IMG/VR virus record: IMGVR_UViG_3300025392_000466
Location: 1-52,421 of that record
DNA length: 52,421 bases
DNA from: a virus
Taxonomy: Duplodnaviria > Caudoviricetes
Reading direction: 5' to 3' (one strand)
The position numbers and the translations under genes were made by a program. The notes beneath the pieces are model-generated. The model did not search any database. It saw nothing but the letters and a program-made list of their open reading frames with translations, and was not told where the DNA came from. This document shows, one piece after another, positions 1-7,754 of this stretch (its first letter is position 1; each line of letters opens with the position of its first letter).

Positions 1-22
1 AATCCATTAGTAAAGAAATAAT

Positions 23-96
23 ATCTCAGTAGTGTAATGGCAGCACAACGGTCTCCAAAATCGTTTGTGAGGGTTCGAGTCCTTCCTGGGATGCCA
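23..96 (+). tRNA. tRNA-Trp(CCA)
   Basis: Acceptor ATCTCAG/CTGGGAT, anticodon loop CTCCAAA, T-loop TTCGAGT, encoded CCA. Confidence 0.93.
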
Positions 97-110
97 ATTT
101 AAGGATTGAT

Positions 111-611
111 ATGAAAAATTTCGACATAGAAAAAGTTAAGGAATTCTTGTCAGAACAAGGACCAGACACTAAAGTTTATCTTGGTGCAGATTCCGAAAGA
201 GTTCGTGTTGATGGTGTATGGTATGCAGATTATGCTTTGGCTGTCGTAGTTCATATTAATGGCCGTCATGGTTGTAAAATCTTTGGTTATGTTGAACGTG
301 AGTTAGATTATGACCATAAAAAATCTAAACCTGCTATGCGTCTGATGACAGAAGTATATAAGGTTTCAGAATTGTTCCAAAGTCTCCAGGAAGTTCTGGA
401 AGACCATCATGTTGAAGTTCACTTAGACTTGAACAAAGAAGACATTTATGGTTCTTCTTGCGTTGTCCAACAGGCAATTGGATATATAAAAGGCACTTGC
501 AACATGACACCAATGGTAAAACCAGATGCACCAGCGGCATCATTCTGTGCAGACCGTTTGAAACGGATTCTGGCAGAACAAGAAGTTTTAGAAAGTGCGG
601 GATTAGTTTAG
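111..611 (+). CDS. RNase H-like YkuK (DUF458)-type protein
   Basis: VYLGADS...AVVVH...RLMTEV...EVHLDLN...ASFCAD pattern of the YkuK family; SD AAGGA; last 15 nt overlap tRNA-Gly. Confidence 0.75.
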   Translation: MKNFDIEKVKEFLSEQGPDTKVYLGADSERVRVDGVWYADYALAVVVHINGRHGCKIFGYVERELDYDHKKSKPAMRLMTEVYKVSELFQSLQEVLEDHHVEVHLDLNKEDIYGSSCVVQQAIGYIKGTCNMTPMVKPDAPAASFCADRLKRILAEQEVLESAGLV

Positions 612-670
612 TGGTAAAACGAAACCTTGCCAAGGTTTAGTTACCAGTTCGATTCTGGTATCCCGCTCCA
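597..670 (+). tRNA. tRNA-Gly(GCC)
   Basis: GCGGGAT/ATCCCGC acceptor, AAACC-TTGCCAA-GGTTT anticodon arm, CCA end. Confidence 0.95.
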
Positions 671-676
671 TTTTAT

Positions 677-751
677 GCAGGTGTTAGTTTAGTGGTAAAA
701 CCTCGGATTGTGATTCCGATATCAAGAGTTCAATTCTCTTACGCCTGCCCA
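677..751 (+). tRNA. tRNA-His(GTG)
   Basis: G-1:C73 identity pair, TCGGA-TTGTGAT-TCCGA arm, CCA end. Confidence 0.95.
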
Positions 752-756
752 CATAT

Positions 757-832
757 GCCTTGTTAACTCAGTTGGTAGAGTGCCTCCCTTACAAGGAGGA
801 TGTCGGCGGTTCGAACCCGTCACAAGGTACCA
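757..832 (+). tRNA. tRNA-Val(TAC)
   Basis: CCTCC-CTTACAA-GGAGG arm, TTCGAAC T-loop, CCA end. Confidence 0.95.
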
Positions 833-836
833 ATTT

Positions 837-876
837 CGCCTCGACACACGGCGTACAAAAGGACAAATTGTGTGTC
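837..876 (+). other. Predicted H-type RNA pseudoknot in tRNA spacer
   Basis: CGCC(837-840)/GGCG(850-853) and GACACAC(843-849)/GTGTGTC(870-876), both perfectly complementary and interleaved. Confidence 0.45.
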
Positions 877-880
877 ACCT

Positions 881-955
881 GCTCCCATAGTATAATGGCG
901 ATTACACATCCTTGGTAAGGATGAGAACCAGGCTCGTTTCCTGGTGGGAGCACCA
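881..955 (+). tRNA. tRNA-Thr(GGT), atypical T-loop
   Basis: CATCC-TTGGTAA-GGATG arm, GCTCCCA/TGGGAGC acceptor, T-loop CTCGTTT. Confidence 0.88.
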
Positions 956-957
956 AT

Positions 958-1033
958 GCAACTCTAGCTGATGTGGTCATAGCGGTGGTCTGAAGAACCA
1001 TGGAAACAGGTTCGATTCCTGTGGGTTGCACCA
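958..1033 (+). tRNA. tRNA-Phe(GAA)
   Basis: GTGGT-CTGAAGA-ACCAT arm, TTCGATT T-loop, CCA end. Confidence 0.92.
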
Positions 1034-1040
1034 AAATTAT

Positions 1041-1117
1041 GCCTGAGTGATGGAATTGGTATACGTGCTTGATTCAAAACCAAGATTTTGTGGGTTCGAG
1101 TCCCACCTTAGGCACCA
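1041..1117 (+). tRNA. tRNA-Leu(CAA), short variable loop
   Basis: GCCTGAG/CTTAGGC acceptor, loop TTCAAAA, Leu-type D arm, A73, CCA. Confidence 0.88.
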
Positions 1118-1138
1118 ATAAAGAATACACTTAATTAT

Positions 1139-1215
1139 GCGGATGTAGCCGAATTGGTATAGGCAACAGACTTAAACCCTGTAATCTGCGAGTTCGAGTC
1201 TCGCCGTCCGCACCA
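1139..1215 (+). tRNA. tRNA-Leu(TAA), short variable loop
   Basis: GCGGATG/CGTCCGC acceptor, loop CTTAAAC, A73, CCA. Confidence 0.88.
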
Positions 1216-1226
1216 CCTATATACAT

Positions 1227-1300
1227 AGCGAGATGGAGAAACGGTAACTCAGGAGTCTCATACGCTCCAGGTCCAGGTTCGATTCCTGGTCTCGCAACCA
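1227..1300 (+). tRNA. tRNA-Met(CAT), initiator-like
   Basis: Loop CTCATAC; unpaired 1:72 (A:A) and fMet-like D arm, but lacks the three consecutive G:C anticodon-stem pairs. Confidence 0.85.
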
Positions 1301-1308
1301 GTTTATAA

Positions 1309-1382
1309 GCGGGATTAGTTTAATGGTAAAACGAAATCCTTCCAAGTTTTAGTCAGCGGTTCGATTCCGCTATCCCGCTCCA
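1309..1382 (+). tRNA. tRNA-Gly(TCC)
   Basis: GCGGGAT/ATCCCGC acceptor, loop CTTCCAA, CCA end. Confidence 0.92.
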
Positions 1383-1400
1383 AGTTAAAAAGGACAGTAT

Positions 1401-1619
1401 ATGGCACACATGGTAAAAGTTCAAAGATTCTTGAATGGTTTTTTAGAAACAAAAAATCATTTCATTGATTCATTGGAAGAAGCAATTGAATTTATTGAAA
1501 AACATCCAGATGCACATTGCAGAATCTTTGATGAGAATGGTGAACACAAACACGAACGTCACCCACTAGGAACTGTATCTATTGATGTTCCTGCCAGTTT
1601 GTCCGTATCTGTAAATTAA
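1401..1619 (+). CDS. hypothetical protein
   Basis: 72-aa ORF with SD AAGGA upstream. Confidence 0.7.
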   Translation: MAHMVKVQRFLNGFLETKNHFIDSLEEAIEFIEKHPDAHCRIFDENGEHKHERHPLGTVSIDVPASLSVSVN

Positions 1620-1987
1620 AATTTTAATTCTGCACCAATAGAAAGATTGTGGCCTATTACTAAAAGTTCTAGGCTTGTGTGCACTTTTAACCAAAGTAAT
1701 CGGTTATCATGACTAAGATAATCCGAAAGATAATAATTGCCAACCAAAGTTGCCACCTCGGCCAAATTCATTTTATCTTTACTGGGATGACGACCCAATA
1801 AAGGATTACTTTCATAGAACCCTTTACGTGCTTGTTGATATAACATATTCCTGGTTGTCTGATAGTCAATCACTTGTGTAATTTCACTAGCAGCAAACCA
1901 GGTTTTCTCCTCATCTGTCCAACCCTCAAAGGGTTCCGCATGAGCAGAACCAATCATCAATAAACATAACAAAAGTTTTTTTATCAT
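1616..1987 (-). CDS. exported/membrane hypothetical protein
   Basis: Signal peptide MIKKLLLCLLMIGSAHA; DYQTT...YESNPLLG motif; ATGA-coupled to the upstream gene. Confidence 0.75.
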   Translation of the reverse strand: MIKKLLLCLLMIGSAHAEPFEGWTDEEKTWFAASEITQVIDYQTTRNMLYQQARKGFYESNPLLGRHPSKDKMNLAEVATLVGNYYLSDYLSHDNRLLWLKVHTSLELLVIGHNLSIGAELKF

Positions 1988-2571
1988 TTATTTGCTAATG
2001 GATTATCCACGGCCTTTTGAATTTTAGCGTCAACTTCTTTCTTCAAAACAACCAATTCACGTTCAATTTCTTTACGCATTTGAGCATTTTCTTGGCGCAT
2101 TGCTTGAAGTTCTGCACGTTCTTTATCTAGGTCTTCACGGACACCCTTACGCATATCACGCATTTCGCTATCAGATTGGCGGTTTGCATCCTTAACATAG
2201 CGTTCAACTTGTTCTGTAACTGTTTCAGTTCTACGAATATCACCTTTCAAGTCATTCTTGATATCACGGGTATAGTCATTGGTTTTTCCAATGGTTTCTT
2301 CAATCACCGCTAGACGCTTGTCAAAACCACTTAGGTCTGGTGCAGAATAATCAGCAATCTTTTTCTTCATGCTTTGGTAGTCTTTATAAACTTCAAAGCA
2401 TCCATATAGACCGCCTAACAATGAAGATGCAAGTGTGAATGCAACCATCAATTTTGCTGGTGTGAATTCATAACCACCGATACTGATAACGGTGTCTTTG
2501 CTTGCATATTTTTTGATAGCGGCTTCCGCTTCGTCAATTTTTGCATTGACATTTTTGATTTCTTCGGTCAT
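1984..2571 (-). CDS. single-pass membrane protein with coiled-coil C-terminus
   Basis: TM LMVAFTLASSLLGGLYGCF followed by charged heptad-like region. Confidence 0.8.
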   Translation of the reverse strand: MTEEIKNVNAKIDEAEAAIKKYASKDTVISIGGYEFTPAKLMVAFTLASSLLGGLYGCFEVYKDYQSMKKKIADYSAPDLSGFDKRLAVIEETIGKTNDYTRDIKNDLKGDIRRTETVTEQVERYVKDANRQSDSEMRDMRKGVREDLDKERAELQAMRQENAQMRKEIERELVVLKKEVDAKIQKAVDNPLANK

Positions 2572-2897
2572 TATTTTACTCCTGGTAAGTGTTTTAATCG
2601 TTCTTCAATGATGGCAATCTCACGGCGATTTTCCATAATGTAATTACGGTTTTCTTGAATCTCTTTTTCCATATCTTGGCGTAGTTTTTCACGGGCAAGT
2701 TCGCTACTGGTGTTGGGTGCTTGCTTGTTGTCCGTTGTGACAACTAGACTAACCTTTTGATTAAGAATAGTTACATCATGTTCTAGATTACCTAATGAAC
2801 TAATTAAGTAACCTGTACTACCAATCAATAGTGGTAATAGAGCAAACAATAGTTTCTCTATGAACGCACCTTTTGCTGATTCTTTTTCTTCTGCCAT
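2571..2897 (-). CDS. single-pass membrane protein, coiled coil
   Basis: TM LLFALLPLLIGSTGYLI; SD AGGAG; TAATG-coupled to next gene. Confidence 0.8.
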   Translation of the reverse strand: MAEEKESAKGAFIEKLLFALLPLLIGSTGYLISSLGNLEHDVTILNQKVSLVVTTDNKQAPNTSSELAREKLRQDMEKEIQENRNYIMENRREIAIIEERLKHLPGVK

Positions 2898-2898
2898 A

Positions 2899-5682
2899 TT
2901 ATTCTCCTAGTTTGTATTGTTCATCAACCATTCGTTGCCATTTTGCGTCACTACCAAGACCTCTCAATGCACGGCGATTATCAACAACCTCTTGGTTTTT
3001 ATAAACTTCTTTTGATTCATAGAATTTTGCATCCACCAAAGTAACTTTTGTATAAGCATCATAACCTTTTGGCTGTGTGGCAATACTAGCAATATCAATA
3101 CCATTAGCAACTTCATTTGGTTGAACATTGCGTTTAATCATGCCGTCTTGTGTTTGTTCTGCACCTTGTAATGCCAAAAACGCTTGAGCATTCATGTAGT
3201 CACTTAATACACTTCTAGTACCGACTTTCATAGTTTCAACTTTAGGCACCTCAACTTCTGTTAAAGCAACAATGTTAGTTTTCTTCAAACTGTCTAAGTT
3301 TGTTTGCACAGTAATAGAGTAATCAACAAAAGAACTTGATTGAGTATTTACTGGTTGTGGTGGTGGAACATATTGTGATATAACAACTTCATTCTGTGTG
3401 GGTTGATAAGATTGTTGTTGAACAGTATTAACCATGGCAACTTGAGTTTGCTCAAATGTTGTTTGCACTTGTTTAGGTGGTTCCACGGTAGTTGCAACCA
3501 TAGTCTGTTGCACTACAACTGGTGTAAAATCTTGTTGTTTTGGTGCAACTGGTGGTAAACTTGTGGTCTGTAACTGTTGTGTATTTACTTGCACAAATTC
3601 CTGTTGTTTTGGTGCAACTGGAGGCAGACTTGATACTTGCATTTGTTGCATGTTTACTTGCAAAACTTCCTGTTGTTTATTTGGTGTAGGTAAATTCTGT
3701 GATTCGTTTTGTTGTGCAAACGTCATGGTTGTTTGTGCACTTGTCGAAGTTGTATTTCTAACTGGTGGCAATGAACTGGCAGTTTGTGTATTATTGGTTG
3801 CGGTAGTTGTTGCAACAGAATTTTCCATTGAACGTTGATTGTTAACAGAAACTACACTGGTTTGAGCATTACCTTGTAGAGTAACCACACTTGTTGTTGA
3901 TTGACTGGTTGTTGTAGTTTTACTTGAACTGGATGTTGCAGTTGCTGTGGCCATACTTGCAGAAATACTTGTTGCTTGTGCTGAACCAGCAACAGTCAAT
4001 GCTGTTGTTAATGCTTGTGAAGTTGCACTTGCTGCGGCATCATTTGCTTGTGCAACTACTGCTGCCGTTGTGGCTGATACTTTGGCCTGTTCTTTTGACA
4101 CAACACTCATGGCCAATGCTGAAGGTCCACTACTTTTACTTTCACTTGGTCCAGGTGGTTTTGTAGAACCTGCAACTTGAACATCACCGGGTTTAGGTTG
4201 TGGATTTGTTGCTGATGGTGCAGCACTTGTCACTGGTGCCGCTGGAGGTGGTGCACCATTTTGTGCAACGGCTTGCTGTTGCTGTTGTGGTTGTTGCTGT
4301 GAATTTGGATCAGGTGCAGGACCTGCCGCTTGTTGTGTGGGATTTCCACCTTGTTGTGGAGAATTATTTGCGGTTTGTGGTGCAGCTTGTGCGACTGGTG
4401 GTTGGTCTGCCGCTGGCGGAGGTTGTGTTGCAGCCGCCAAAACTGTTGATGTTTGTGCAGTAACTGCCGCAGATACCGCAGCCAATGCAGCCGCTTGAGC
4501 CGCTGCCTGTTGTTGCTGTTGTAATTGCGCTTGTTGAGCAGCATACGCTTTTGCATAACCTGTACATGTTGTACTACTCAATGGGTTAAGTGTACATGCA
4601 TCAGGCATAACAATCAAACTAGCAGTCATATTATAGATAGATGCTCCTGCACCATCTACACCTGCAAGAAAATTAAACGTGCCCATCGTATTGGTGTTAA
4701 TTGCAGAAGGTGTTAACAGTTGATAACTAGCAGTCTGTGCGCCTTGAGTTGGACCATTTAATTGACGAGTGAAACCACCAACACCGGCAGTTATATTGTT
4801 TCCTATGCCAACAGTAACATAACCTGATGTTGCTGTCGTTGGTAAATTATATGTGTAGCCGTAGTTAATACCATACAAGGACAAACCAGAACCACTGTTA
4901 GATAGTGCAGTTGAAATAGCAAAAGAATTGTCTACTGGATTACCAGGAGTTGCAACCGCATTTGGATTTGGTACTAAGTTTGCACTTGTAAGTAGACTAC
5001 TAAAACCAGGACAAGTTGTTGAATATGCAGGATTTGCTGAACAAGGATTGACACCATACAATAGTGAGAAACTATTCACATGAACTCTTGGACCATAAAA
5101 ACCAGCCCAATAGTTCTGGTCTTTACCAGTAAAACTAACTGTTACAGAACTGGCTTCACTAACATCATACTTATTGTTGAATAGTTGAGTTCCGTTGTAT
5201 TGTTGGAAATTACCGGCACCAGTGTCTATACCATTGTAGTTGTAGTTGAAACTTTCCAATGTTTGACCATTGGTGCCCTTTAGACTAACATTACCTGTTA
5301 TCGTGCCTCTATTTCCACCACCACTACTCAACTCATTGTTGATACCCCAAGAATAGTTATATCCTTCTAACTGAACACCAGAACCAGCATTAGCCAATGC
5401 CTTAGAGATGGCAACAGTTTGACTCACCGTTTGTGGCGTATAACCAAAAATGATATTGCCAGTACTTGGATTGTAAGCGGGTGTATAACCACCACTATAA
5501 CCCCCTGCCGAACCGGTAACAGTATTGTTCCAGGGAAGTCCTCCACCTAAGTTGAGAATGTTCCCTGTACTGTTTAATGGTTCACCGGAAGTTACATTAA
5601 CATTCTGTGCATTAGTGGCTAAAGATGCGGTAAGTAATAAAACCCAGCAAACTACCGATGCCAATATTTTTGTAATAGTCAT
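2899..5682 (-). CDS. large exported protein: beta-rich N-half, Q/A/P/S/T low-complexity stalk
   Basis: 927 aa; signal peptide; two CxxNPxxSTTCxG motifs; SLPPVAPKQQ repeats. Confidence 0.85.
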   Translation of the reverse strand: MTITKILASVVCWVLLLTASLATNAQNVNVTSGEPLNSTGNILNLGGGLPWNNTVTGSAGGYSGGYTPAYNPSTGNIIFGYTPQTVSQTVAISKALANAGSGVQLEGYNYSWGINNELSSGGGNRGTITGNVSLKGTNGQTLESFNYNYNGIDTGAGNFQQYNGTQLFNNKYDVSEASSVTVSFTGKDQNYWAGFYGPRVHVNSFSLLYGVNPCSANPAYSTTCPGFSSLLTSANLVPNPNAVATPGNPVDNSFAISTALSNSGSGLSLYGINYGYTYNLPTTATSGYVTVGIGNNITAGVGGFTRQLNGPTQGAQTASYQLLTPSAINTNTMGTFNFLAGVDGAGASIYNMTASLIVMPDACTLNPLSSTTCTGYAKAYAAQQAQLQQQQQAAAQAAALAAVSAAVTAQTSTVLAAATQPPPAADQPPVAQAAPQTANNSPQQGGNPTQQAAGPAPDPNSQQQPQQQQQAVAQNGAPPPAAPVTSAAPSATNPQPKPGDVQVAGSTKPPGPSESKSSGPSALAMSVVSKEQAKVSATTAAVVAQANDAAASATSQALTTALTVAGSAQATSISASMATATATSSSSKTTTTSQSTTSVVTLQGNAQTSVVSVNNQRSMENSVATTTATNNTQTASSLPPVRNTTSTSAQTTMTFAQQNESQNLPTPNKQQEVLQVNMQQMQVSSLPPVAPKQQEFVQVNTQQLQTTSLPPVAPKQQDFTPVVVQQTMVATTVEPPKQVQTTFEQTQVAMVNTVQQQSYQPTQNEVVISQYVPPPQPVNTQSSSFVDYSITVQTNLDSLKKTNIVALTEVEVPKVETMKVGTRSVLSDYMNAQAFLALQGAEQTQDGMIKRNVQPNEVANGIDIASIATQPKGYDAYTKVTLVDAKFYESKEVYKNQEVVDNRRALRGLGSDAKWQRMVDEQYKLGE

Positions 5683-7330
5683 TGTCTTTTACCACTTCTT
5701 CCATTTTAGGTAATTTATCTTCGTTTTCTTCCCATGCTTGTTTAGCGGCTTCACCGATTTTACCTTCATAGGGGCAAGGCGTACCTGCTGCCATCATAGC
5801 GTCAAATACACGGCGGTCTTGACACATTGTAGCAACAGCAGCAACTTTCATACCCATATCATAAAGTGTTTTGGATAGTTTCAAACGTTCGCAATTTAAG
5901 TCACGGTTTGTACCACCATTACTTACACCAAAGATTTGTGTTTGAACTGCACTAGAAGTACCTGTTGTACATAGGTCAGCATTACCACCACTCATCATAG
6001 CAGGACTTGCTGCTGTTGGTGGAGGTTGAATAACTTTCTGTGTAATATTGCTATTGTTGTTATTGTTGTTAGTCAATGTACCACTTTGGATGTTTTGATT
6101 GACGTTATTGTTTGAACTTGTGCTTTGGTTAACGTTGTTATTGTTATTTGTGGCAGTAGAAGTTGAAACATTATTGTTATTGTTAGTCATGCTACCACTT
6201 TGAATGTTTTGGTTAACATTGTTACTGGTGCTTGTATTAGTATTAACATTGGTATTAGCATTGGTGTTGGTGCTAACACTATTGTTAGTATTTGTGCTGT
6301 TAACAGTACTAGCATTGACATTATTGTTATTGTATGTCATAGTGCCACTATTCACATTATTATTGGTGTTAACATTAGTGTTTGTAGCAGTGCTGGTAGA
6401 TGCATTAACATTGTTATTGTTATAATTCATGGTGCCAGAATTGACGTTATTGTTAGTATTAACGTTTGTATTTGTAGCGGTACTTGTACTAGCATTGTTA
6501 TTATTGTATGTCATTGTACCAGAGTTTACGTTATTGTTGGTATTGACATTTGTGCTAGAACTTGTTGAAGCATTAACGTTGTTATTGTTGTAGTTCATTG
6601 TACCACTGTTCACATTGTTATTTGTGTTGACATTGGTTGCAGAACTTGTTGATGCATTAACGTTATTGTTATTGTAGGTCATGGTACCAGTGTTAACATT
6701 GTTGTTTGTGTTAACATTGGTGTTACTTGAACTACTTGTGGTAGCATTGTTATTGTTGTATGTCATAGTACCACTATTGATATTGTTATTTGTATTAACG
6801 TTAGTGTTACTATTGGTTGAACTGCTGGTACTAGCATTGTTATTGTTATAAGTCATTGTACCGGTATTAACGTTATTGTTTGTATTAACGTTTGTTGCGG
6901 AACTTGTTGAACTTGACGTATTAACATTGTTGTTATTGTATGTCATTGTACCGGAGTTGACGTTATTGTTATTATAAGTCATTGTGCCAGTATTGACATT
7001 GTTGTTATTATTTGTTACAGTACCGCTTTGAATGTTATTGTTGGTATTCACAGCAGTTGCGGTAGATGTTGAAACGCTGTTATTGTTATTTGTACTGGTA
7101 CTGTTTATTGTACTGGTGCTAGTAGCATTACTGGTACTAACATTATTGTTGTTACTATTGACCGTACTTAGACTGGTCGATGTGCTGTTGGTGTCAACCA
7201 GGGAACTAGAACTGTATGCACCACCAGTTAAACTAGAAGATTGGTTGATTAGTGTTGGGTCGGATTGGGCGATAGAGACAATACTTAGTGCTGATAGTAT
7301 GCCGGCCGCAAGGATTTTTCTAAAATTCAT
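5612..7330 (-). CDS. exported Asn-rich repeat protein with Cys-containing C-terminal domain
   Basis: Start reassigned to ATG 7330 (SD GAAGGA; signal peptide MNFRKILAAGILSALSIVSIA); GTMTYNNNN repeats; CERLKLSKTL..MGMKVAAV..MCQD..GTPCP domain; hydrophobic C-tail. Confidence 0.85.
   Translation of the reverse strand: MNFRKILAAGILSALSIVSIAQSDPTLINQSSSLTGGAYSSSSLVDTNSTSTSLSTVNSNNNNVSTSNATSTSTINSTSTNNNNSVSTSTATAVNTNNNIQSGTVTNNNNNVNTGTMTYNNNNVNSGTMTYNNNNVNTSSSTSSATNVNTNNNVNTGTMTYNNNNASTSSSTNSNTNVNTNNNINSGTMTYNNNNATTSSSSNTNVNTNNNVNTGTMTYNNNNVNASTSSATNVNTNNNVNSGTMNYNNNNVNASTSSSTNVNTNNNVNSGTMTYNNNNASTSTATNTNVNTNNNVNSGTMNYNNNNVNASTSTATNTNVNTNNNVNSGTMTYNNNNVNASTVNSTNTNNSVSTNTNANTNVNTNTSTSNNVNQNIQSGSMTNNNNNVSTSTATNNNNNVNQSTSSNNNVNQNIQSGTLTNNNNNNSNITQKVIQPPPTAASPAMMSGGNADLCTTGTSSAVQTQIFGVSNGGTNRDLNCERLKLSKTLYDMGMKVAAVATMCQDRRVFDAMMAAGTPCPYEGKIGEAAKQAWEENEDKLPKMEEVVKDNDYYKNIGIGSLLGFITYRIFSH
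6040..7170 (-). repeat. Degenerate tandem coding repeats (mostly ~26-30 aa units)
   Basis: Nine (S/T)GTM(T/N)YNNNN copies plus three variants, mostly linked by S/T-rich and NVNTNNNVN tracts. Confidence 0.9.
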
Positions 7331-7381
7331 TTCATTTCCTTCGTTATTTTTATAGAATAATGGCAAAAATGACACAAGTAG

Positions 7382-7410
7382 TTGCCTACTCAACTGAATT
7401 CATATATAAT
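7382..7410 (+). promoter_or_regulatory. sigma70-type promoter for the replication operon
   Basis: TTGCCT-17 bp-TATAAT. Confidence 0.55.
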
Positions 7411-7422
7411 CGCATATCCTAT

Positions 7423-7430
7423 TATTTATA
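7423..7430 (-). promoter_or_regulatory. T4-type late promoter
   Basis: TATAAATA on the minus strand upstream of the 7330-1616 operon. Confidence 0.75.
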
Positions 7431-7445
7431 ACGAAAAGGTTTGTC

Positions 7446-7754
7446 ATGGAAATTATTGTTTTGAAACTTATCACTGGCGAAGATGTTCTTGGAGAAATCC
7501 AAACTGAGTCTGAAACCGAGTATGTGATTGAAAATCCTGTAGGTATTGCTGTCGTTCGTGGACAAAACGGACAACCAAATGTTGGATTTGCACCTTTTCC
7601 GATACATGCACCACAAACTAAGGGTGCAACAATTACTCTTGCCAAAAAGAACGTGGTATATTACTATGTGCCTGCTGAAGACTTTATTGAAAACTACAAG
7701 CAAGTTTTTGGAGTCGGTATTGTTCTCCCCAACAAACAAATTATTACAGGTTAA
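7446..7754 (+). CDS. conserved T4-like protein preceding DNA polymerase (Sm-like fold likely)
   Basis: LKLITGEDVLG...IENP pattern; TAATG-coupled to gp43. Confidence 0.7.
   Translation: MEIIVLKLITGEDVLGEIQTESETEYVIENPVGIAVVRGQNGQPNVGFAPFPIHAPQTKGATITLAKKNVVYYYVPAEDFIENYKQVFGVGIVLPNKQIITG

Noticed and set aside
833-880. HDV-like/theta ribozyme after tRNA-Val
   Set aside because: No room for P3/L3 or P1.1 between the stems; kept only as a simple pseudoknot
334-1034. Track ORFs 334..633, 458..640 and 789..1034
   Set aside because: Shadows of tRNAs and the YkuK-like gene
1041-1215. Possible TCA/TTA suppressor tRNAs and stop-codon recoding
   Set aside because: Centred 7-nt loops give CAA and TAA (Leu); core genes are full length in the standard code
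6040-7170. CRISPR array or DGR
   Set aside because: Repeats are degenerate, in frame and coding; no unique spacers, cas genes or reverse transcriptase
3563-7355. Plus-strand hydrophobic ORFs (e.g. 6204..6425, 7032..7355)
   Set aside because: Antisense by-products of Asn/Thr/Gln codon repeats; no RBS
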